DNA from: Minisyncoccia bacterium
GTDB lineage: Bacteria > Patescibacteriota > Minisyncoccia > Phycocordibacterales > CALRBL01
NCBI GenBank assembly: GCA_038227435.1
Contig: JBBRPW010000001.1
Coordinates: forward strand, 75,632 to 121,196
Direction: 5' to 3'
Length of the DNA: 45,565 nt
Within the stretch, counting starts at the first letter, position 1. Every line of letters starts with the position of its first letter. Under the pieces are notes generated by a model. It did no database searches, had not been told where the DNA came from, and saw only the letters and a list, made by a program, of their open reading frames with translations. Made by a program: the position numbers and the translations under genes. Shown in pieces: positions 9,971 through 16,945 of the stretch.

Positions 9971-10127
9971 GACGAATTTGAGAGGGTTTGAGCAAAATAA
10001 GCTCGTTAAAAAATTACTCCAAAACGAAGAAAAGTACATTTAAGGTAGTCGCTTTCAGATGAGAATATTGAATAAATATCTCAAAAAACAGCGGAAACGC
10101 CTCAAATTGTTTGAAAATGTAAAAAAT

Positions 10128-10156
10128 TGACACGCCTAAGCTCTCTTGCTAGTATG
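10128..10156 (+). promoter_or_regulatory. Internal extended -10 promoter upstream of rpsN (TTGACA-N14-TGC-TAGTAT)
   Basis: TTGACA at 10128-10133, 17-nt spacer, TG at 10148-10149, TAGTAT at 10151-10156. Lies in the 300-nt rplE-rpsN gap. Confidence 0.55.
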
Positions 10157-10258
10157 CAACAACGCTTTTAGGCGCTATTTTTAAGCATTCTTTTCAGTTT
10201 TAAGAGGTAGAAAAACGATTTATTTAAACAATTTTAGTAAAAATATACACAATCATTT

Positions 10259-10444
10259 ATGGCAAAAACGTCGGTCGTTGCACGATCACAAAAACCCCCA
10301 AAATTTAAGAGTCGCGTTGTAAGACGATGTTTTCGATGTGGTCGAAAGAACGGCTTCATGCGAGATTTTGGAATTTGCCGTATCTGTTTCCGAGAATTAG
10401 CGAATGAAGGAAAAATTCCGGGCATTAAGAAATCATCTTGGTAA
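10259..10444 (+). CDS. rpsN: 30S ribosomal protein S14, zinc-binding type Z (61 aa)
   Basis: RCFRCGR...CRICFRE (CxxC...CxxC) and the 61-aa short form. Confidence 0.95.
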   Translation: MAKTSVVARSQKPPKFKSRVVRRCFRCGRKNGFMRDFGICRICFRELANEGKIPGIKKSSW

Positions 10445-10462
10445 TTCCTAATTAATTTATAT

Positions 10463-10885
10463 ATGAACGACAAAATCGCTAACCTCATCACAAAAATCAA
10501 GAATGCAAGTTCACAAGGACATGAACTTATTACTGTTCCTCAATCAAAACTTGTTGCATCTGTTGCAGAAGTTCTTTTAAAAGAAGGATGGATTGCTGGA
10601 ATTGGAAAACGAGATAATGGAGGTGACTCTAAAAAAGCTAAAAAAGAAGGAGCACTTAAAGTGATCGAAATTAAACTTTCATACAATACAGATGAAACTC
10701 CAAAAGTAAGTGGAGTAGAGCGACTTTCAAAATCATCAAAGCGAGTGTATTTGGGCTATAAAAATCTCCGACCAATTCGAAACGGATATGGAATTATGCT
10801 TCTTACAACACCAGTTGGAATCATGACTGAAAAGGAAGCTAAAAAAACAAAGGTCGGGGGAGAGCCTCTCTTTTTAATGTGGTAG
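10463..10885 (+). CDS. rpsH: 30S ribosomal protein S8 (140 aa, with a Lys/Gly-rich insertion)
   Basis: IANLITKIKNA...GIMLLTTPVGIMT motifs. Insertion GKRDNGGDSKKAKKEGA. Confidence 0.94.
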   Translation: MNDKIANLITKIKNASSQGHELITVPQSKLVASVAEVLLKEGWIAGIGKRDNGGDSKKAKKEGALKVIEIKLSYNTDETPKVSGVERLSKSSKRVYLGYKNLRPIRNGYGIMLLTTPVGIMTEKEAKKTKVGGEPLFLMW

Positions 10886-10918
10886 TGAGTTTCAATAATA
10901 AAATATAACAATACATTT

Positions 10919-11452
10919 ATGTCACGAATAGGAAAACAACTCATCGCTATCCCAGAAAAAACTGAAGTAACAGTTAATGGTGGACTCGTTACTGTTAAAG
11001 GACCACAAGGAACTCTTACCCGAGAATTTAAAAGCGCAGTTTCTGTTGAAGTAAAAGAGGGGAACGTTGTTCTTGCTCCTACAAAAACAGATTTACAAAC
11101 TGCAGCTCTTTGGGGAACATATGCATCTCATCTTTCAAATATGATTGAAGGAGTAAATAAATTATTTACAAAAAAACTTATCATTGAAGGAATTGGATAT
11201 AAATCAGATGTTCAAGGAACAAATCTTATCCTTACAATTGGTTTTTCACACCCAGTACCGATGGCAATTCCTACAGGCCTTAAAGTAACTGTTGAAAAAG
11301 GAACAATTACTATTTCAGGAGCTGACAAAGAAATGGTTGGACAATTTGCTGCAAACGTTCGATCAAATAAAAAACCTGAACCATATAAAGGAAAGGGAAT
11401 ACGATACGACGGCGAAGTTGTTCGACGAAAACAAGGTAAAAAATCTGTATAA
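10919..11452 (+). CDS. rplF: 50S ribosomal protein L6
   Basis: MSRIGKQLIAIP...VTVKGPQGTL motifs. Confidence 0.96.
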   Translation: MSRIGKQLIAIPEKTEVTVNGGLVTVKGPQGTLTREFKSAVSVEVKEGNVVLAPTKTDLQTAALWGTYASHLSNMIEGVNKLFTKKLIIEGIGYKSDVQGTNLILTIGFSHPVPMAIPTGLKVTVEKGTITISGADKEMVGQFAANVRSNKKPEPYKGKGIRYDGEVVRRKQGKKSV

Positions 11453-11482
11453 ACCTACATTTAATAATTTCAATATATTTTT

Positions 11483-11836
11483 ATGGCCATTCTTACAAGC
11501 AAATCTGAAAAACGAACACGAAGACACAATCGAATTCGTGCAAAAGTACAAGGAACAAAAGAACGTCCTCGTCTTTCAGTATTTAAATCTCTTAAATTTG
11601 TGTACGCACAAGTAATTGACGATGATGCAGGAACAACACTTGTTGCAGTGAACTCAAAAGATTTAAAAATAAAAGGAAGTAAATTAGGAGCTGCAGAAGT
11701 TGTTGGAAAGAAAATTGCTGAAATGGCGATTGCAAAAGGTGTAAAGAAAGTCGTATTTGATCGAGGAGGATATTTATTTACAGGAATCGTAAAGAAAGTT
11801 GCAGAATCTGCACGAACTGGAGGATTAGAATTTTAA
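11483..11836 (+). CDS. rplR: 50S ribosomal protein L18
   Basis: RHNRIRAKV...RPRLSVFKS...YAQVIDD motifs. Confidence 0.95.
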   Translation: MAILTSKSEKRTRRHNRIRAKVQGTKERPRLSVFKSLKFVYAQVIDDDAGTTLVAVNSKDLKIKGSKLGAAEVVGKKIAEMAIAKGVKKVVFDRGGYLFTGIVKKVAESARTGGLEF

Positions 11837-11857
11837 TACATAATTATTTATAAACCC

Positions 11858-12550
11858 ATGTCTGACATCGCACAAAATAATCTAGCTGCAACATCACAAC
11901 CAGTTGGAACTGGAGCTCAACCCACTCATCAAGGTGGATCAAACTTTGCAAATGCTGCAGGAGCTGCAATGCGAACAGGGGGAGTTGGAGCTGGCGGAGG
12001 ATTTCGAGGAGGTCCAGGTGGATCACGAGGAGGAGGCCGAGGAGGTGACCGAAAACCTCGACGAGAACCTCGAGCAAAACCAGAATTTGATCAAAAAATT
12101 CTAGACATTCGACGTGTAACTCGAGTTGCAGCTGGAGGACGACGATTTAGTTTCAGTGTTGCACTTGTTGCTGGAAATCGAAAAGGACGAGTTGGTGTAG
12201 GAATCGGAAAAGCCGGAGATACATCACTTGCAATCGATAAAGCACTTAAGCACGCTAAAAAGAATATGATTGAAGTTCCATTAACTAAAACTGGATCAAT
12301 TCCACACTACGTTGATGCAAAATTCTCAAGTGCACGAGTAGAAATGCAACCCGCAAAAGGACGAGGAGTTTCAGCAGGAAGTTCTGTTCGAGATGTAATT
12401 GAACTTGCCGGAATTCGAGACATTAATGCAAAACTTCATTCAGGAACAAAAAACAAACTTAACAATGCACGAGCTGCAGTTAAGGCTCTTTCATCATTCA
12501 AGCCTACAAAAGTTGAAACTCGAGTAGCAGCCGCTCCTAAAGCCGAATAA
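11858..12550 (+). CDS. rpsE: 30S ribosomal protein S5 (230 aa) with a Gly/Arg-rich (RGG-like) N-terminal extension of about 70 aa
   Basis: Core IRRVTRVAAGGRRFSFSVALVAGNRKGRVGVGIGKA. N-terminus GGFRGGPGGSRGGGRGGDRKPRR. Confidence 0.95.
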   Translation: MSDIAQNNLAATSQPVGTGAQPTHQGGSNFANAAGAAMRTGGVGAGGGFRGGPGGSRGGGRGGDRKPRREPRAKPEFDQKILDIRRVTRVAAGGRRFSFSVALVAGNRKGRVGVGIGKAGDTSLAIDKALKHAKKNMIEVPLTKTGSIPHYVDAKFSSARVEMQPAKGRGVSAGSSVRDVIELAGIRDINAKLHSGTKNKLNNARAAVKALSSFKPTKVETRVAAAPKAE

Positions 12551-12577
12551 CTTTATTAAATTATTAACCATACGACC

Positions 12578-13141
12578 ATGCAAACACATAATCTAAAACG
12601 GCGAACAGCCAACAAGACAAGTATCAAAGTAGCCCGAGGAGGAAAGCGTGGTAAAACTGCTGGTCGTGGAACTAAAGGTCAAAAGGCTCGAGCCGGGCGA
12701 AAACTCCGACCAGAAATGCGAGATACAATTAAGAAAATTCCTAAATTACGAGGACGAGGAAAAAACTCAAACATTTCTTTCTATACAAAACCAACAATTG
12801 TTAAACTTGAAAAAATTGAAACAATTCTAAAGGGGACTGTGGTAAATCCAACAACACTTAAAGAAGCTGGTCTTATCCGATCATATAAGGGAGTAATGCC
12901 AAAGGTTAAAATTCTTTTATCAGGAATGGTTAACGGTGAAGAATCAGCTGTAATCACCAAAAAATTCTCAGTTTCAGATTGCTTAGTTTCAGAAACTGCA
13001 AAAGCAGCTATCGAAAAAGCAGGAGGAAGTATACAATTAGTAGAAGTTAAACCAAAAACACAAACCGTAAAAGAAGTAAAAGGCCCGTCAGGAGCTAAAG
13101 TTAAGAAGGAAGAAGAAACAAAGAAAGGCGAAGAAAAATAA
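12578..13141 (+). CDS. rplO: 50S ribosomal protein L15 (187 aa, Lys/Glu-rich C-terminal extension)
   Basis: RGGKRGKTAGRGTKGQKARAG motif. Follows rpsE directly, with no rpmD between them. Confidence 0.94.
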   Translation: MQTHNLKRRTANKTSIKVARGGKRGKTAGRGTKGQKARAGRKLRPEMRDTIKKIPKLRGRGKNSNISFYTKPTIVKLEKIETILKGTVVNPTTLKEAGLIRSYKGVMPKVKILLSGMVNGEESAVITKKFSVSDCLVSETAKAAIEKAGGSIQLVEVKPKTQTVKEVKGPSGAKVKKEEETKKGEEK

Positions 13142-13167
13142 TTCTACAAATATAAAAAACAAATAAT

Positions 13168-14454
13168 ATGACATCCTTTTTTGAAAAATGCAGAGCACTC
13201 TTCCAGGACAAGTCAATTATCAAGCGAGTATTTTTAACACTACTCGGTCTTGTAATTTTCCGATTACTTGCAGCTATTCCAATTCCTGGTGTTGATGTTG
13301 GAAGACTGGCTCTTTTCTTTCAGAATAATCAATTCTTAAGTTTACTTAACATTTTCTCTGGAGGAGGGCTTTCAAATCTTTCAATTGTGATGCTTGGAGT
13401 TGGTCCCTATATTACGGCATCTATTATTATGCAGCTTTTGACTATGATGTTCGACAGTTTGAAACAAATGTATCAAGAAGAGGGTCAAGCAGGGCGACTT
13501 AAATTTTCTCAATATACACGTCTTTTAACTGTGCCGCTGGCTATTATTCAAGCTTTCAGTTTTATTTTACTACTTCAAAAACAAGGTGTCGTACCTGCCC
13601 TTGGATTGTGGCCTCTTATTACAAACGTATTAATTGTAGTTGCTGGCTCAGTTCTATTAATGTGGATCGGAGAACTTATTAGTGAATTCGGAATTGGAAA
13701 TGGAGCATCACTTATTATCTTTGCTGGAATCGTATCTCATATTCCTACAGTAATTGCACAAAACTATGCACTATTTGATACATCAAAAATTCCTGAATAC
13801 GGACTCTATTTATTAGGAGCCATCGCTATTATTTATTTGGTGGTATATGTAACTGAAGCCGAACGGCCAGTTCCCGTAACTTACTCACGTCAAGTTCGAG
13901 GTGGAAAAGTAATGGGTGGAGTTTCAACATACCTCCCACTTCGACTTAACCAAGCTGGAGTTATTCCAATTATTTTCGCTCTCTCAATTCTTTTATTTCC
14001 CCAGCTTATTGTAAATATTTTAGCTCGAGTAATTACTGGTGGAGCATTCGCAACAAAAATTAAAGTAGCTGCACAATTTGTAACAGATGTTATGGCTAAT
14101 CAATGGTTTTACGGCGTAGCATACTTCGTACTCGTTGTTTTATTCACATACTTCTATACAGCAGTAACTTTTGAACCAAAATCTATTTCAGAGAATCTAC
14201 AAAAAAGTGCGGCATTTATTCCTGGAGTACGTCCCGGAGCCTCAACTACAGAATTCTTAGGAAAGATCGTAACTCGAATTACTTTGGTAGGAGCTCTCTT
14301 CCTCGGTTTCATCGCCATCCTTCCTTTAATTGTGAGAGGATTTACTGGTGAACAATCACTTACTTTCGGAGGAACAGCCCTTCTTATCGTAGTTTCCGTA
14401 GTACTTGACCTTGTTAAAAAAATCGACGCTCAAGCAACGATGCGAGAGTATTAG
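13168..14454 (+). CDS. secY: Preprotein translocase subunit SecY
   Basis: 10-TM profile and the GELISEFGIGNGASLIIFAGI motif. Confidence 0.97.
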   Translation: MTSFFEKCRALFQDKSIIKRVFLTLLGLVIFRLLAAIPIPGVDVGRLALFFQNNQFLSLLNIFSGGGLSNLSIVMLGVGPYITASIIMQLLTMMFDSLKQMYQEEGQAGRLKFSQYTRLLTVPLAIIQAFSFILLLQKQGVVPALGLWPLITNVLIVVAGSVLLMWIGELISEFGIGNGASLIIFAGIVSHIPTVIAQNYALFDTSKIPEYGLYLLGAIAIIYLVVYVTEAERPVPVTYSRQVRGGKVMGGVSTYLPLRLNQAGVIPIIFALSILLFPQLIVNILARVITGGAFATKIKVAAQFVTDVMANQWFYGVAYFVLVVLFTYFYTAVTFEPKSISENLQKSAAFIPGVRPGASTTEFLGKIVTRITLVGALFLGFIAILPLIVRGFTGEQSLTFGGTALLIVVSVVLDLVKKIDAQATMREY

Positions 14455-14498
14455 AATTACGTACTTCGTTTTACCCCAAATTACAATGTACGAAAAGA

Positions 14499-14527
14499 CG
14501 CTTGTTTATAAAAATAGGCGTTTTTTC
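14499..14527 (+). terminator. Intrinsic terminator after secY
   Basis: CGCTTGTTT-ATAA-AAATAGGCG hairpin (9 bp including 2 G:U) at 14499-14520, followed by TTTTTTC. Confidence 0.6.
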
Positions 14528-14563
14528 TTTTATTTTTCAACCTTTTCTTATTTTTTACTTCCA

Positions 14564-14572
14564 TGAGATAAT
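14564..14572 (+). promoter_or_regulatory. Extended -10 element (TGA-GATAAT) 12 nt upstream of the 14584 ATG
   Basis: TG at 14564-14565 and GATAAT at 14567-14572. This implies a very short or absent leader. Confidence 0.35.
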
Positions 14573-14583
14573 TGCCTAACAAT

Positions 14584-15438
14584 ATGAATCAGCTCGATAG
14601 AACAACTAAAATTCTTTTGTGGGTACTAGCTAGTGTAGGAATCATTTTAATAGGTTTGGTTATTTACTTTTTATTCTTGCAATCTAATACGGTAAAAATT
14701 CATAATATTGGAATCAATACAAACTTTAATACAGGGCAAAATGGGGGAGCTACTTCAACTAACATACATAGTTCAAGTACGGTACATTCTTCAGCAAGCA
14801 GTACTTTAGCAACTACAACTGCAAGTAATCGCCTTTTATATATTCAAAATTTTCTTAATACCCAAGCTGATTGGAAAATACATAGTAACGACGAGTCAGG
14901 TTTTACCATTAAAATTCCTAAAGATGTTCAGGATTCTATTGTTTTAGGTTTGCAAAGTAAATTTGATATTTCTTTGCCAAATTCAAATTTACCTGCAGGC
15001 ACAACAGATAGAATCAGTAACGTTTCAATGATTATTGCTCCACTTACTTCAATGAACGATCAAGGTGCGTGTATTAATAATATGTCTAATACAACCCCTT
15101 CTCCTTCGCAGGGTAATATTAAAATTACCAATGAAGATAACAGAGTTTTATTAAGACTTGGTCCTAATAGTGTGTATCGACAGAAGCAATCAATTGATAG
15201 TTCAGCCACAACTAATTTCGGTCTAAATAGTAAAACCGCACAGCTCGATAAAATGTTAACAATTAATGTTATATATCGATTCTATTTACAATCAAGCACG
15301 TGTTACGACGCTCGAATTATTTATACACGTCATGTTGATCAATCAGAAACCGAAGCATTAATTTTAAATACTAAAGAGTTGGAAGATGCAATCCAAAACT
15401 TAGGTCAAGCTATTATTACTTCTTTTGCTTCAAATTAA
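14584..15438 (+). CDS. Hypothetical N-terminally membrane-anchored protein with a Ser/Thr-rich linker
   Basis: ATG at 14584 is preferred over the track's TTG at 14572. TM helix ILLWVLASVGIILIGLVIYFLFL, then SSSTVHSSASSTLATTTAS, then a domain of about 200 aa with no recognised motif. Confidence 0.6.
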   Translation: MNQLDRTTKILLWVLASVGIILIGLVIYFLFLQSNTVKIHNIGINTNFNTGQNGGATSTNIHSSSTVHSSASSTLATTTASNRLLYIQNFLNTQADWKIHSNDESGFTIKIPKDVQDSIVLGLQSKFDISLPNSNLPAGTTDRISNVSMIIAPLTSMNDQGACINNMSNTTPSPSQGNIKITNEDNRVLLRLGPNSVYRQKQSIDSSATTNFGLNSKTAQLDKMLTINVIYRFYLQSSTCYDARIIYTRHVDQSETEALILNTKELEDAIQNLGQAIITSFASN

Positions 15439-15448
15439 TTTTTTAAAA

Positions 15449-16066
15449 ATGAAACCCATCACCGTTATATTTATTGGAAGATCAGGATCTGGAAAAGGAA
15501 CACAAGCAAGAATGCTTGAAGATTATATTCGAGATAATGATTCACAAAATTTACCCGTTCTTTATTTAGAAACAGGAAAAGCGTTTAGAGAATTTATTAA
15601 AGGAAGCTCACTTGGAAGTGAATTGGCTAATAAACGAGTAGCAACAGGGGAGCGCCAGCCCGACTTTTTAGCCATTTGGATGTGGGCGCATACAGTTGTT
15701 CTTACTCTAGAAGCAGAAATGCACTTAATTGTTGATGGAACTCCGCGTTCTTTACCTGAAGCTGAAATTTTACAAACTGCCCTCGATTTTTATGTCCGAC
15801 AAGACGTACATATTATCTATTTGCAGGTAAGTCGCGAATGGTCTATAAATCACTTGCGTAATAGAGGAAGAGCCGACGATATTAATATGTCATCAATTGA
15901 GCAAAGAATGAGCTGGTTTGATGATCAGGTAATGCCCGCAGTTGAATTCTTTAAGGCAAGCGGAAAGGTTAATTTTAGTGAAATTAGTGCCGAACAAAAT
16001 ATTGAACAAGTACACGCTGATATTATGAAAAAAGTGTTTGGAATTGAAGAAAAAGTTGAAGCATAA
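15449..16066 (+). CDS. adk: Adenylate kinase family nucleoside-monophosphate kinase (short LID)
   Basis: P-loop GRSGSGKGTQ and the canonical secY-adk-map position. ATG at 15449 is preferred over the overlapping TTG at 15425. Confidence 0.85.
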   Translation: MKPITVIFIGRSGSGKGTQARMLEDYIRDNDSQNLPVLYLETGKAFREFIKGSSLGSELANKRVATGERQPDFLAIWMWAHTVVLTLEAEMHLIVDGTPRSLPEAEILQTALDFYVRQDVHIIYLQVSREWSINHLRNRGRADDINMSSIEQRMSWFDDQVMPAVEFFKASGKVNFSEISAEQNIEQVHADIMKKVFGIEEKVEA

Positions 16067-16101
16067 ACAGTATAAAAAAAGAGAAAAGTTTTAATAAACA
16101 A

Positions 16102-16872
16102 ATGATTCGATATAAAACAAAAGAAGATATAGTCACACTTAGAGCTGGCGGAAAAATTATTGCTTCAATTCTTGAAGAGCTTTCTTCTATTACTGAGGTT
16201 GGATTTTCAACAATGGTATATCACGATAAAACAATTGAGCTTTGTGAAAAATATAATGTGAAACCAGTATTTTTAGGCTATACCCCTGTTGGGGCTAAAC
16301 GAGCGTATCCAGGAGCGGTATGTATTTCAATTAATAATGAAATTGTTCATGGAATTCCAAATGAAAAACCGCGAATACTGAAAGACGGCGACATTGTTTC
16401 GATCGATATGGGGATTGTCTATCAAAACATGATTCTAGACTCTGCAATTACTGTAGGAGTTGGCCAAATAGATGAAACTGCCCAAAAGCTAATAAATGTT
16501 ACAAAAGACGCATTGTACGTAGGAATTACCAAAGCAGTGGCAGGAGGGCGTTTAGGCGATATCGGAGCCGCTATTGAGCAAGTAGCCCTTAAAGCCGGTT
16601 TTAGCGTAGCAGAAGACCTATGTGGGCATGGAGTAGGATATGCAGTTCATGAAGACCCATATGTGCCAAATATAGGCCGAGCTGGAACTGGAATTAGGTT
16701 AGAACCAGGACTTGTTATCGCCATTGAACCCATGTTTTGTGAGAAAAAAGGAAAAATTAAAGTGCTTAATGATGGCTATACGATTGTGACAAAAGATGGA
16801 GGAAGGGCAGCACATTTTGAACATACAATTGCTATTACCGAAGAGGGACCAGTTATTTTATCGGGGAAGTAA
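16102..16872 (+). CDS. map: Type I methionine aminopeptidase
   Basis: VHGIPN, DGDIVSIDMG, GHGVG and IEPM metal-site motifs. Confidence 0.95.
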   Translation: MIRYKTKEDIVTLRAGGKIIASILEELSSITEVGFSTMVYHDKTIELCEKYNVKPVFLGYTPVGAKRAYPGAVCISINNEIVHGIPNEKPRILKDGDIVSIDMGIVYQNMILDSAITVGVGQIDETAQKLINVTKDALYVGITKAVAGGRLGDIGAAIEQVALKAGFSVAEDLCGHGVGYAVHEDPYVPNIGRAGTGIRLEPGLVIAIEPMFCEKKGKIKVLNDGYTIVTKDGGRAAHFEHTIAITEEGPVILSGK

Positions 16873-16945
16873 TTATTTAATTAAACTCTTTCTTATAAGA
16901 TTTTGTTTCTATCATTTTGTAAACTATTTGGTGTATAATATTTTT

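Noticed and set aside
10059-10115. 18-codon ATG ORF (MRILNKYPQKTAETPQIV) in the rplE-rpsN spacer, considered as a possible leader peptide or missed small gene such as rpmJ.
   Set aside because: It is too short, has no resemblance to L36 or other small r-proteins, and has no supporting context. The short ATG frames in the tuf leader (10 and 14 codons) were rejected for the same reasons.
11844-12104. Alternate-frame (11904-12104) and antisense (11844-12077) ORFs with striking Glu/Leu/Gln repeats.
   Set aside because: They are by-products of the GGA/GGT-rich DNA that encodes the Gly/Arg-rich N-terminus of uS5. The same explanation applies to 29379-29723 and 29400-29789 inside the ATPase tail.
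16796-16945. The track's start for the large ATPase at 16796, overlapping the last 77 nt of map.
   Set aside because: The first 50 codons read as Phe/Leu/Ile/Tyr-rich translated intergenic AT-rich DNA. They include a TATAAT box at 16934-16939, and the start codon is not ATG. The true start is probably GTG 16946, TTG 16991 or ATG 17137.
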